Below are positions 10,624 through 23,426 of a DNA stretch of 43,184 nt, piece by piece; the first letter of the stretch is position 1, and every line of letters starts with the position of its first letter. This stretch comes from Piptocephalis cylindrospora (Eukaryota). The stretch lies in assembly GCA_003614145.1 (NCBI GenBank), contig KZ987731.1:1-43184 (forward strand), written 5' to 3'. The position numbers and the translations under genes are program-made. The notes beneath the pieces were generated by a model that worked only from the letters and a program-made list of their open reading frames with translations, was not told the origin of the DNA and searched no databases.

Positions 10624-10996
10624 GATTACCGCAGGTTCAATTGACAATGTATATCGGGAAGTAAAATGGCAAGTGATGGTGGCTATGACAAAAACAATGG
10701 GAGAGATGGGATAGAGACGATCCGAACAGCCGGGACGCACGACAAGTTACCTAAAAGCCATGCTGTATCCTGCATGCTCCGCTTTGTGAGTTTTATACTT
10801 GAAAATTCAGATTGTCATCATAGAGTACGATCGGCCATGTAGACATTTCTAGATAAAAGTTTCTTTCATTGTTTTAGGAAAAGCCTGAATATCTCGTTAA
10901 GCTCCCCTTCCTCTACAGAAAAAGGATAGCGGAAGGGGATATACATGCGTGGAAATCATACGTCAAGAATTCTCCTCTTTCTCTGCAGATGTATTG

Positions 10997-13594
10997 TTAC
11001 AGCGCGTCAAAGTTAATCAGATGCATAGCCTCTCGCCTCTCTTTCTCGTCCTCCACCTAAGGGACGGTGATATGGGGAGAGGATGAGCAAAAAAATGTGG
11101 ATTTTTAGGCCTCTCGCTCGCCCAATCATCAACACTTACCCGTTCTAAATGATTCAGAGCCAGGACAACAATGACAAGGATAAGGGCCGACACAAGAATG
11201 GATAATAGGACCCAAGGGGCATAGCTTCCGGGGTTAATCATCATCTCTCGAATCCATGATTGCGCCGATGAAGACCCAGCGTTTTGGTAGGGAATAAGAA
11301 TGAGCTGAGAATTGGGAATAATCCCCGACCAAGTGAAGTAGTGCTCCTCCTGAAAGATTCAAAGTAGAAGGAGATAGAAAGATCATTTTTAGTGAAAAGC
11401 AGGGACTAAACAAGAAGATCCATCTCTCCTCTTTTACCTGATGACGCGTCGACCCTACAAATAGCTCTTCCAGGTAATTGTTGGTTCGACCCAAACCGAC
11501 AAAGTTGTACGGTTTATGCAAAGGCATATAGCTCGACTGGGGCAATTGAGCCACTGGAAGGAGGGAAATCATGCAGGTCAGATAATTGCGTGGGGATGGT
11601 ATACTGTACTAGTATTTACTTACCAGCAAAGGCCCTCTTCTCCCCGCTAGTGTCGATGACCGTGTACTTGAAGGTAGCACCCTTGTAATTGACTCCATAG
11701 GGGTAGCGACTGGGATGGTCCGAGGTGACAGGACACCGACTCGGGCAAGCCCCGTTAAGCACTATCAAGGGGGGGGGAGGGAGATGAGAAGGGCTATTCT
11801 CCAAAAACACCAAACAAGAAATAGATCGCTTACTCAGTGTCTTTAAGAAAAACGCATCCGAATTGTAATTGTTTTCCAGTACTACCATGGTTCTTCCAGC
11901 TCCTTTATCCCCGGGAGGGGCAGAGAAAACGATGATATCTAATGAGCCCTAAGGAAGAAAGAAAGGAAGGGAACTTGGAGTGAGGAAAAGTCTTTCAAGT
12001 CTGAGGCTAGACTTTTCTGATAAAGAAAGATGATACGCCCATTCCCCTTTCATCCCCTTCTCCCTTTTAAATTACACTTACATCCTCAGCTACATCAAGA
12101 AATGCGGTGGACCGAACATTCTCAATGGCTGTTAAGGCCTCGGCCCCCTCAGTGACTTCTTCGAGGGTACGACGTTTCGCGGCTACAGCCTTGGCCGAGC
12201 AAGCTCCATCCTTACAGGGCACCGATCGGTAGAGACGAGCCCTACGTCCAGACGATCCAGTTTCCAGAACAGCCAAAACATCAGGGAACCCATCAATGTC
12301 AAAGTCACCTAAAGGGAATAGAGAGTAAGAGAGGTGTAAGATCAGTCATGCCAGCGATAGTAATGTAATCATCCCTCCCTTTTCACTACACCCTTACCCG
12401 TGTGAAGGAAGATGGGGACATCCCCAACGGAATAGGCCTCGGTAGTGACAAGATGAGCGGTAGGATCAGCTTCAGTGGCGACGGGAAAAACAACAAGGCC
12501 ACCATCCTGATCGGTAGAGGAAAAATGAAAATCGGGATCTGCACGGCAAAGATGGGTGGCGGAACGACAGTTTTCCTGGGTGGAGGAAGTGCAGAGAGGG
12601 AATTGTTGGTTGTAGAGGATTTGAATAGTGGAGGGTCCGTCGTCTGGGGTGACGGGGAAGATCATGTCCAGAGCACCATCTCCATCCATATCAGCAAAGG
12701 AGACGGGACCAGCGCCTTTCGGAAGGGAGCCAGTACGAGCAAAATGGTATCCTTTGTCCTTTCCGTTGACCCACACCTGGTAAGTCTGGATACCAGATGA
12801 ATCGGCGGCACACACGATGAAGAGATCGGCAAGGCAATCTCCATCAAGGTCGAGGAAAGCATTAGAATGGGGATCAGGGGAGACGCACATAGTCTCCCCA
12901 TCCACAGATGCTGGCATGGGGAAAGTCGTGTAGGGGCTATCGGGGGAGGAGGACCAGGTATTATTCCATACTTGGAGAGTACCTGAGGATCCTGGGGAGA
13001 GACCCAAAAGATCCACCCTCATATTTCCTGAATAATCAAGGACCATAGGCTGGGATAGACCTGAGGGGGGAAGATCAATCCACTTTCCATCTATGTCAAG
13101 ACAGATCAGCGTGTGAAGAGGGAAGGGGTGTAAAGAACACGGGGCGTCAAATGCGACAACTTACCAAACTTTCCATCCTTCCCACCTAGGTAGGCACGGA
13201 CCTTAGTCTCAGTGGCGCCGGGGCCAGATCGGAGGTAAACAAGGAGATCAAGGGTGCCGTCGTAGTTGAGATCACCGGGGATAGCATTGACGATTTGGGC
13301 GTCAAAGATGTTGATTTGATTGATGGGGGGCATGAACTGAAAGGCATCATGATCCCAGATACGAACTCCTAGAGAATGCCGATCGCTACTGAGAGTAATG
13401 AGGTCTGTTCGCTTATCAGCATTGACATCGGCAAACGCTGCAATCGTGATGGACTTTGATCCAGAGAGGCCCACATCAAGTTCACTCAGAGAGTCATCCA
13501 TGCGTCGATGGGGCCTTCCAGTGGTGGCATGAGAGCATGGGAAAGAGAGGAAGAGGAAGGGGAGAAGAGTGAAGTAAAGGGAGCCTGGTAGCAT
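10997..13594 (-). CDS. ITFG1: ITFG1/TIP/LINKIN homologue: FG-GAP repeat type-I membrane protein, multi-exon
   Basis: Signal peptide MLPGSLYFTLLPFLFLSFPCSHA; FG-GAP repeats (ADVNADKRTDL, GDLNYDGTLDL, PHSNAFLDLDGDCLADL, ADMDGDGALDM); QLPQSSY...GLGRTNNY; IIPNSQL; TM helix; last exon VEDEKERREAMHLINFDAL*. Confidence 0.9.
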
Positions 13595-14024
13595 GGTGGT
13601 GCGGAGAGTAGTCAAAGATGGAAAGGCCTGGGAGAGTGCGTGGGATGAACCACGTCCGGAGCAACGTTTACAGAAGTTTCACCGACCAGGGAGAATTGCG
13701 GAGGGAGAGAAGGAGAGAAGAAGAAGAAGAGAGTTTAATGATGCCAAAGGGGGCTTGAAAGGGTTACAAGAGAAGATTAAAGCCTGGGGAGGCTGTGAAC
13801 AGGAGAGAGAGAGTAATGCAGTGGCAATTAGCTGTGCAGGTAAAGGAGGGGAAGGGGGTTGTCTGTTAGGGAGCTTGATAAAGACGTGAATCTAATGGCG
13901 GAGATGGGTGTGTGCTGTGTAGGTGGTGAGATATATAAAAGGGATCATTAGCCTGACAGACAAGGTAAGCGACGCAGCTTTGACCAGATACCATCAGTTC
14001 ATTCAACCCCCTCCTTCCTCCAGG

Positions 14025-15754
14025 ATGCCCCCGGAGCTCAATCAATATGAAAAGGCACGCTTGGAGAATATCAGAAAGAATGAGGAGATCCTAGCGGCAT
14101 TGGATCTTCCCAGACGTGGCCTGGGTGGACAGAGCCTAGGTGGGCCCACAGTGACGCACCAGGGTAAGAGCAGACCTAAATCGACGAAGCCGCCCCTGGA
14201 TTCCCAGCTTCTCCGTCGGTCCTCACGTCTAAGTGCGGCTGCAGCAGTGGATGAGAACCTCGGAAAGGGTCTAGGGGAGGGGACGAAGCGGGAGGCTGAG
14301 AGCCGGAGTCTCCTGCCCAGCAAGCGACCGCGTATTACGGGAAATCTGCCTTTGCATGATGTGAGCAACGATCCTGACTCTCCATTTGTCTCTCTGGATT
14401 ACTTTCCTGAATCAGTAGAGAAACTACCATCCTTTCCTGAGCATACTAAAGTCAAGGGAGAGGGTAAGGAGAAATGGGATAATGGAAAGGAGGACGTGGA
14501 AAGAGCTCATGTGAAGATCAAGAAGGAGGAGGAGGAGGAACCCCGGACGGAGGGTAAGACAGAGGAGGACGAGGCGGTGATAGAGAGCATCCCACCACTG
14601 GACCCTAATCGCGAACAGCACCAAGGTTCCCTTGACATTCTCAAGTGCACCCATCGACACAGGACGGTACGGGTAGTACCCAAAAGGATATACTCTGCGG
14701 CATTTCATCCCCAGCCTCAACCTATCGTGCTAGCGGCAGGTGATAAGGAGGGGAATCTAGGGATATGGAGGGTTCACGGGGTGGAGGAGGTGCCAGAGGA
14801 AGCATCGGAGAAGGTACAGGAACGCGGACCGACCCCATTGATCCATTCTTGGAGGCCGCACTACAATGCCATCGTCGATATACAGTGGGTGAACCAAGGC
14901 GCTTCTCTTCTGACTGCGTCGTATGACACGTCAATCCGTCGGTTTGACCCCAGTAAGGAGATATTCGAGGATGTGTGGGATGAGGAGGAATCGGAAGTAG
15001 GGCTTCTCGCGTGCATGGATGCATCGTATTACCCGGTGATTTGGTACTCAACGCACACAGGTAAGGTGGGTCGACGAGACATCCGGATGGGAAAGAAAGA
15101 GGAGGGCAAAGGGATCTGGAGTGTGCTAGATGACAAGATAGGATGTGTTCAGGTGAACCCAAGGCAGCCTCATTACCTCGCCACGGCCAGTCGGGATCGG
15201 GCTGTCCGAATCTGGGATATCCGGGCTCTGCGACCTGAAGGCTCGGAGCCTGTAGCGGAGATGCCGCACGGGAAGAGCGTAACTTCGGCATATTGGGATC
15301 CTTTGGGGACGCGGGTGGTGACTACGTCGCACGATGACCATGTCCGGGTTTTTGGGAAATGGGATGGTACAGCCTTCCAGAGCCAGAAGAGCATGTCGCA
15401 TAACAATCAAACGGGAAGGTAGGGGAGAGAAGGAAGAGGTGCAATTTAGAATTTTTATCTAATCCAGACCCATCCTCTTCTCCTAGATGGCTCACAATGT
15501 TCCGGGCTAGATGGAATCCGGTGTATGAAAAGAACCCCATGTTTGTTATCACGTCCAAGGACCGTGGGGTTGAGGTGTTCTCCGAGGAGTGTGTTAAGTA
15601 CTGGAGAGGGGATGACCCTGACCGTCTTACCACGGTTCCAGCTGTGTCGATATTTCATCCGACGATTGACGCCATTGCCGGAGCCAATACAAGCGGACAC
15701 ATGCTCGTCTGGGATGGGGGACAGGAGGAAGAGTCTGTCTTGTCTGGGCATTGA
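14025..15754 (+). CDS. CMR1: WD40 DNA-damage-binding protein CMR1/WDR76. Exons 14025-15418 and 15487-15754.
   Basis: N-terminal ELNQYEKARLENIRKNEEIL; VVPKRIYSAAFHP; AAGDKEGNLGIW; LATASRDRAVRIWDIR; HNNQTGR|WLTMFRARW across the intron. TATA-like TATATAAA at 13932. Confidence 0.9.
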
Positions 15755-16089
15755 TCTTGGGGAAAATAGACGGTAAATGGGTATTTTGGAAGATGAAGAG
15801 AATGTGATTGAATATGAGATAAATTGGAGTTCATGCTAGTTTGCATTGGATTAATCATACCAAATAAGATCATGGCTGAAAGAGGATCGTATTCATGAGG
15901 ACGAGGTGTGCATGGCCCACTCGACCCCTGTCGCCAAAAATGACGCGAATTTCCACACATAGAGGCTTGTGGTTCACACTCGCTAACATGAGTCATATAC
16001 ATTGTTATTATCATTAAATTACATAGTCCAAGGAGCCACCGAGCAAGGCCATTCTTAAATCTACTCTACCATTACAATTGTACCCCATC

Positions 16090-17766
16090 ATGTCAGAAAA
16101 GCAAACGTACACCGTACCAGCAGGACAAGAACTTCGAGTGGAGGTGGCCATGGACAGCAAGACCACACTTACCCTAGAGAGCGGGGAAGCCGAGGTATTT
16201 GGGGCTGAGCTTGCCCCGGCACGGACATACAATCTGACGGGCTTGCACAAGATTGCCGTATTTTCCTTTCGAGGAGCGACAGTTTCCTTGACTCCAGAAC
16301 CGGCGGTAGTGTATGTGGCAGAGGAGACGACGGGGATGACCTATCTGAATTTGCATGTGGCCCTAGAGCAGCAGCGAGCCAAGGCTGCAACGATCCCCTC
16401 ACTCACGGGGCCTAGAATCCTGGTGGCAGGAGGCGGGGATGCGGGCAAAACCACGCTTTGTCGCACCCTGCTAAACTACGCCGTAAGAGCGGGTAAGGTA
16501 CCGTTGTATGTGGACTTGGATCCAGCCGAGGGATCGGTCACTGTTCCAGGGACATTGACAGCCACGGCTATCCCCGAAATCATCGGACCTGAGGAGGGAT
16601 TTGCCGCCCTGACTGCTGGATCCGACGCACCTACTCGACCCATCGTTTATCATTATGGCACGAGCCAGATCCATGATAATGCTGATTTATATGCAATGAT
16701 CCTGGAGAAACTGGCCAAGGTGGTGAATGCTAGAGTATCTCAAGACCCCCAAGGTAAGTGAAAAAGAGAGTGAGAGAAGAAAAGGTAATTTTCTTATCTA
16801 TACCCTATGCTCACTTCGTGTAGTCAAAGAAGCCGGGATTGTAGTAGACACGGCAGGAGCAGGGGATGCAAAGGGCATTGACACTGTAGCTAAGGCTGTA
16901 GAAGCCTTTGAAAGTATGAAATGGGTACTAGGAAGTGGATGTTGTTTTTCTCTCAGCTCACTCCTTGGCATATCTTTCCCAACAATCAGTTGAAACAGTT
17001 CTTGTTCTGGGAAACGAGCGCCTTTACTCAACATTGGTCAGTCGATTCAAGTCATCGACCAAAGCCATTCATATTGTCAAGCTCCCTAAGGCTGGAGGTG
17101 TATGTGAATTTTGAGAGTGAGCAGGGGCTGAATACTGCATTAGCAATGATAAGCCGCCCATACTAATCCCACTCCTCCCATTTCCTCCCCTTAGGCGGTG
17201 GATAGAGACGAGGCGTTCCGTAGGGCATCACAAAGGGAAAAGATTCGATCATACTTTTATGGGTTCAATACGGCCGAGCTGGCGCCATGCCATGTCCAAA
17301 TCAATTGGGCGAGAGCCCAAGTATACCGGTTGAGCGAAGCCAGCATTGCTCCTGACTCAGCATTACCGATCGGGGGAGAAAGACAGGTGACGGGGCCTCG
17401 GGTGGTCCGAGTGGAATCCCCGGACATTCTCCTACACACTCTTCTGGCTATTGTACCTGACGAGGGTCAAAAAGATCACCCAAAATTGGATGACCAAGGC
17501 AAGCCCATTGTCTTGGATGAAATGGATGCCATTGCTGCCCTTGGGTCCCCAGTCATTGGATTCGCTTGTGTGTAAGTCCATGACAATGGTGTGGGGCTTC
17601 ACTCGGCTTGATACAATGATCTAACCATATTCCCTTCTCTCCCGCCCTCGGGGGCATTAGGCACGAGGTGGATTTGAAAGGAAAGTGGTTTACGGCCCTG
17701 GCCCCGATGGATAATATCCCTAGTGTACGGATGGTGTCGAGTGTTTTCCGATGGGTTGAGGAATAG
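16090..17766 (+). CDS. CLP1: Polynucleotide 5'-kinase / cleavage and polyadenylation factor CLP1 (5 exons)
   Basis: QELRVEV...LESGEAEVFGAEL; P-loop GGGDAGKTTLCRTLLNYAVR; YVDLDPAEG; VLVLGNERLY; IRSYFYG; IAPDSALPIG. GT-AG introns join the partial ORFs. Confidence 0.93.
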
Positions 17767-17936
17767 GTGGGGGGAGGGGTAAAGACAGTCATCTATGGCT
17801 GTTAAAGCACAAAAAGATAAGGATAAACATGAAAAGCATATACTATTTCCATTGGCATACGTGACAGGCTAGGATAAAGAAGAAAAGTACACCTTTTCAT
17901 ATACATACGTGTCAAGTGTCAAATCTGGATCCGAAA

Positions 17937-18653
17937 TTACATTTCCTCTAGGGTTTTGAGGGTAGGAACAACCCCAGCCTGGATAAACAACTTGACCAGG
18001 GTCCATTGCTTGGCCCCCACGGCCACGTCCATGCATTCCCCATCAATACGGGCACCAGCATCCATAAGCAGACGTATGATGGGGATTTGACCACGGATGA
18101 TTGCGGGTCGTATATCAATATCCCGGGCACTGGCTCCGTAATGTAGAAGAAGCGCGGTCAAATCATACCAATCGGACCGGACGGCACGGGTCAGTGGAAG
18201 ATGGGATGGATTGCACGGATCAACGCCTCGATCCAAAAGGTCTTTTAAGGACTGCAACTGTACTCTCTCCTCTTCTGGGGTCCCTGGCCGTTCCAAGTAA
18301 TGTCGAGGGACCCGTAATCCCTTTAGGGATATTGGACGTGACGGACGAGGAGATGCAGAGGCATTTGGGGAAGCACGAGGGCGAGTGGCATCCTCCAGTC
18401 GATCCATCCTGGCCAATACCACGGGGGTACATATGCGACGGCGTATGGCACGACGTAGGGAAATATGAAGATGTGAATGGCCCAAACGGAGAAAATGGGC
18501 GCGATGCAGGGTTGGGGTCGTGAGGGCCCATAATCTACGGCAGGTCAAGGGGAGGGCTGAAGATTGGGAGTACAGGTGGATCCGGCTGAGGATCTCGTTG
18601 GGCAGGTCAAGTAACCTTGGTGATCCGGGCTTTCGGGTAGTGCCCTTGGCCAT
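17937..18653 (-). CDS. F-box plus ankyrin-repeat protein (238 aa)
   Basis: F-box-like LLDLPNEILSRIHLY...LPLTCRRLW; ankyrin-like PLTRAVRSDWYDLTALLLHYGA, AIIRGQIPIIRLLMDAGA and AVGAKQWTLVKLFIQAG. Confidence 0.75.
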   Translation of the reverse strand: MAKGTTRKPGSPRLLDLPNEILSRIHLYSQSSALPLTCRRLWALTTPTLHRAHFLRLGHSHLHISLRRAIRRRICTPVVLARMDRLEDATRPRASPNASASPRPSRPISLKGLRVPRHYLERPGTPEEERVQLQSLKDLLDRGVDPCNPSHLPLTRAVRSDWYDLTALLLHYGASARDIDIRPAIIRGQIPIIRLLMDAGARIDGECMDVAVGAKQWTLVKLFIQAGVVPTLKTLEEM

Positions 18654-18991
18654 CCCAAAGGCAGGATCGTGTCAGTTTGAGGATGGTAGAGTAGGATATG
18701 GGACGAAAGGAGGAGTACTGGTTTCTTTTTTTCTTTTTGATATATTCAGCAACTACTTTAGGGTGAGGTCACAGAGCAAGCAGAGGCAGAGATCAAGTCT
18801 GTCCCTACTCGAGGGGGGATTCATGCTTTGTGTGCGCCGTCCTGGCCTGAGTAAGACTAACCATCAAGGTATGCCGGTGCAATCCTTGTCAGGGGATGAG
18901 CATTGCAATGCAAGGAAAGGAAAGTAAGGGTCCTTTGTTGACATTTCAAAGCAGAGCACCGCCCTCCTTTCCCCGCCATCCCCCCTTCCCC

Positions 18992-20890
18992 ATGCAGCGT
19001 AGAACAGGATCCAAGCTAGGAAGTGCACCTATGTTAATAGGGAGAGATGCTAATAATAGCCCCTTGGAGGCCGAGGAGGGTTCGGCAGTCAAGACGGTCA
19101 AGAACCTCCCACTCTCCCAGGATCTCCTGCAGTACTACCGTGACCGGATTGAGCGGCATGAAGAAGTGCTCAAGGAGGCTGAAGGGCACATTGAGGATAT
19201 TCGATTAGAGCACACGACCAAAATATCCTTAGAGACTCGGCTGACGGCCCGGGAATCAGAAGTGGCGGTGCTTCAGGGGCAGTTGAGCGAGGCTCAGGAG
19301 TGCGTGGCGCGGGAACGAGGAAGACTCTTCCGTATTGTCGCCGATAATGATGATCTACGGGCACGAGAGCTTGCGGGTCGAAGGAAGATTCGACAACTAC
19401 TCCTACGACTTCAAGATACCGAGGATGGATATGAGACGCATTCCAGGGAGGAGAGATCACGAGAGGGGACGACTCATTCAGTTGCTTCTACGGGGTCATG
19501 GGAGCATCCCTCTTGCTCCTCATGCTCTTGTGCCGGGGTAAGTTAAAGTGAGGAGGGAATATTAGATGAAAGGGACACCTGGCTCATCCCACTTCTCCCA
19601 GGCAAGTCCATCAATAAGAGATGAAGTCTCGGGAGACCTGGACCCGTCAGACTTGCACCTTACCATCTCGGCCCTCAAGGCTCAGTTAGAGGATAGTGTA
19701 TGTGAGATATGAGATTAGGTAAATGCCGATAAAATAGTTTACTAAACCCCTCTCCCGTTTACCACATAAACTTTGGGGTGGGGATGGAGTAGAAAGCGAT
19801 ATATGATCGAACACTGGAAGAATTTAGTCGAGATCGAAAGGCCAGAACGGGGGAGGAAGCCACCCGGAGAATCCTCATGGAGAGACGGATGAACGAACTA
19901 GTCGAGGAAGGCAAGAAATTGACTCGATTCCATTGTGATAATACCCAAGGTACGCTGTTTAATGCTAAAGAATGAGGATGTAATGATGGACAGACTCAAC
20001 TTATTACATCTTTCCTTTTTAAGAGCTCCTTCGGATACAACGGGAAGCGCAAGTCAAGGAAAGAGAGGCCCAAGAAAAGATGACCGGTCTATATAAAAAG
20101 ATTGAAGATTTAGAAGGGGACATAAGGACTCTTCGTGGTCAGGATACCACGGCCGCTCGGGTAAGAGATGATGCTGGTCTGGCCATGCTTTATTAATGAC
20201 CTAACCCTTGTATACCTGTTGACGGGGGATGAGTGAGTAGAAGATTGAGCGTCGGATCATCCAGCAGAATGATCATCTGGTCGAGGACCTGCAGACCAAC
20301 CTTCGTGTAGCGCGTGATCAGCAGCGGCAAGCTCAGGTAAGCCTGGGGACATCGATGATGGGACACGACACGAATAGATTATTGATATTATCCAACTGCA
20401 AATAACAGGAGCAAGTCCAAGATATGGGAATGGAGCGGGCCCAAGTGATGGAACGCATGGAGGCTCGGATTACTCGATTGACTACTAGGTAGGTCAAGGT
20501 GAGGGGGAGAAGCCCAAATCCTCTTGAAATGTATTGTAAATGTGCTTACTTTCTTCATCGATTAGCTTGCAAGGCTTAAAGAAAAAGAGGGCCAATGAGC
20601 TGGAAGGGTTTGGTGCGGATGGAATGGTACTCCTTCGGCAATTGCGAACCTTTGAGCGACTCCTCGTCCGATGCGTCCCTGACACCTCAGATGAGACAGT
20701 AGTAAATCTGTTCCTCTCGCTTGCCGAATGCATCGAGGCCATGAGCAATCTGACCCGGGAGCTTCAGCTTGCCAGCGTAAGTGGGTTTTGGGGAGAAGGG
20801 TATGTACATCAATGCACCATACTGATATAGAGGGACGGGAGCGTACCCTTCCACATTTAATGGGTATAGGAAAGGAATGTTCGGGTATAA
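18992..20890 (+). CDS. CCDC77: CCDC77-like coiled-coil protein (about 8 exons)
   Basis: LPLSQDLLQYYRDRIE...EVAVLQGQLSEAQECVARERGRLFRIVADNDDLRARELAGRRKIRQLL; LHLTISALKAQLED; C-terminal LKKKRANELEGFGADGMVLLRQLRTFER. These resemble, in order, blocks I recall from metazoan CCDC77 (ELLEYY, ENDRLRIRELEDKKKIQ, EALQAQL, RRILEVEGF). The last exon is uncertain. Confidence 0.72.
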
Positions 20891-21441
20891 GAATCCGCGG
20901 TTTATACAGGAAACCCCAAGGGCGAAGTGCTTTGTGCGAGGGCGCGTATGGAGGGGGAGGGGGGGAGAAGAGGGGAGAGGCAAAGGCAGTAGGTAAAGAT
21001 TCCTCTCCATGATATACGATAAAAGCCTGTGGTTGTTCTTGGTATGATGAATTGAAATATGACGCTTGAGCCTTGTGGATGAGAAGCGAGAGGACATATG
21101 TCCCTATATTATCATTATGTGCATCATGTGCGGAGTGTGTGCGCATACATGCATACAATCCATAGATGGTCACGACAAAGGCTCTTCATACATCATATCT
21201 GTGAAAGTGAAAGAGGTCTCCATGATGATATTGAGGAACAGGATGGAAGAGTATGTGCGAGCATGGGAAAGAAGAAAAAAGGAAGAGGAAGGCGAGGTTG
21301 CGCAAAAGGAAAAAAAGAAGAGTGGGAGGAAGAGGGGAAAAAGACGGAAGGAGGAGGATATTTTCCACGGGACCAACACACCTCTCTCCCATACCATCAT
21401 CGTCATCATCACCACCACCACTATCCTAATGGCTACCCTCT

Positions 21442-22025
21442 TTACTCGGCCTTATCCTCGACAGTCTCGTCAAAGTTCTCAACGAGCTCGGGGACATCAT
21501 CCTCACCATCGTTACCGGCAGCAGCGGCGGCGGCGGCAGCGAGGGCGCCGGGGTGGGCGGCCTGGTAGGATTCAGCGAGCTTCCTGAGGGAGGCAAGGGA
21601 GTCGGGACCAAGCTGGGAGAGGATACCGGGGACGAGCTCGGTGAGCTCCTTGGTCTGACCACGGCCGTAGACGCAGAAAGTGTTGGCAGCGGAGGCGACG
21701 TGGACTATATGGAGCAGGAGAGGTAGGAAGAAGGAATATATGAGTACACATTGGGCATCACCAGGACCCCTTACCCCTACATAGTCCCTCCGCATAAACA
21801 CTCACCCTTGGGCTGGACAAAGTGGACAACGTTGCCATCTTCCTTGAACATGTTGACCTCCTCAACACCAGGGACAGGCTGGATGTTGAGCTTCTTCAGC
21901 GCAGCGTGAAGCTTCTTGTCATCAGTTCCCTCGGAGTGGTGCACCTTCTTGACCTTACGGCGAGGCATACCCCGACCGCCGATACGGACCTGGGCTTGGA
22001 GCTTGGCAAGCTTCTCTGCGTTCAT
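21442..22025 (-). CDS. EGD1: Nascent polypeptide-associated complex beta subunit (BTF3/EGD1, 160 aa). Exons 22025-21806 and 21704-21442.
   Basis: [29 protein letters not shown]...DDKKL...[11 protein letters not shown]...PKVH...[27 protein letters not shown]...VPELVENFD. Confidence 0.96.
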
Positions 22026-22031
22026 TGTGGA

Positions 22032-22225
22032 CTGCAGGGTATGACGGGGAGGGAAGGGGGGAAGAGAAGATAAGTATAGGAAGAGATGGGGGGATGAGGA
22101 CCCTTCTCTTGCTCACGGCAAGTCCCTACATATCGTGTCAAGATAGCCCCTCCTCTCATAGCAAAAAAAAAGTAATCTTCAAGAGGACATGCCCCTCAAA
22201 ATGACATAAGGTAGCCAGGACTTAC
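22032..22225 (-). other. Probable 5'-UTR intron of EGD1 (194 nt)
   Basis: Minus-strand donor ACG|gtaagt at 22225; polypyrimidine tract plus ctgcag acceptor 6 nt before the ATG. Confidence 0.6.
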
Positions 22226-23426
22226 CGTGTAAGAAGGGGTGGGGGAAGAGTGGGGAAAGATGACTCAACGGCAAGGACGCGAGAGGAACACGAGAAGGGG
22301 AAGGAAGGGAGAGAAAAAGAGGAAGGGAGAAGGGCGTAGGCGGAGACGTGAGTGGGTCCCTTGGGGGTGAAAAGGTGTGTGCTGTGAGGGGAGGTGAGGG
22401 TGAGGGAGCGCAAAAGCAAGCTGAGTGGATGGGGGAAGGGAGGGGCGAGACACCCGTCCGCATCTCACCGTTGCCTAAGGCGAACCGCGGTCCTCACACA
22501 TCTTTGCTGTGCGGTTTTGGGCACACTGGGACGCGCAGTGTCATTCTTACCTTGCACTAGGGAAAAAGGGTCAGGCACAATAAAAGCGGCTGTGCAATAG
22601 CAGACAGGCACGTATTCATCCATATACCTTGTCGGCCAGCAGGGAAATAACAGAGGCTCAACGTGTAGAAAACACACAGCAGCAAGACAGCAAGGCTACA
22701 CGGCAACGCGTAGAGACAGAGGTGAAAAAAAAGTTCCCTTTGACTGCAATGGCACTGGAGGGAATGTGAGACGATTCGGGCACACCAGGCCAATCAGAAT
22801 CGCTTGCTGAAGGTAGGAGTTTGATTTCAGGGTGTGGAAAAGACTGCCTTTGAAATTAGCGTGAAAAGTATGTCAATTTGAGGTATTTTTTTTACGGATA
22901 TGCCAGCTTAAACTAGAAGGAACACAACACCACCGATTGCAGCGTCCAGTAGGGCAAGGAGAAGGGACCTGGCATTGCCTAAATCCCAGGCTACCTTTTC
23001 ACAACACCCTCTTACTCAGCGTAGATTTGGAACGAACTACGTATGCCGATCAAGGTGGTTCAAGAGGAGATGAGGGTGGTTAATGACGAGCCTCCAGCGC
23101 ATCTTGCCCATGAAGTAAAAGAGGAAGCGACTGATCTAATCATTGTATTCGCACTTCCTTCTTATACATATATCCCAGCCGTCCGCCAGATTACATGAAA
23201 GTGAGGTCGGAGATGTGGTCAGCCATTGAAACACGCATCTTCATCCCGTCTCCCATGCTCCCCACAGTTACCCTCCCATTCACACAGTTGTTGTTGTCCT
23301 CAGTTCGTACTTGCTTTATATGAGCTTAAATTGGCTTCTTTCCCTTAGCTCCCTTCCACCCTTTTCCTTCAACTTCTTGGCCATCCTCATTTTGCTTTCC
23401 CTCTCTTTCCCTTTCCTCCCTCCACC

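Noticed and set aside
22469..22485. RFX X-box-like gttgcctaaggcgaac, with similar TGCCYAAG words near 3081-3110 and 5675
   Set aside because: The matches are degenerate and inconsistent, and I cannot distinguish them from chance without genome-wide counts.
23083..23134. Possible C/D box snoRNA (ATGACGA...CTGA)
   Set aside because: Only about 52 nt, imperfect C box, no terminal stem and no rRNA-antisense guide that I can recognise.
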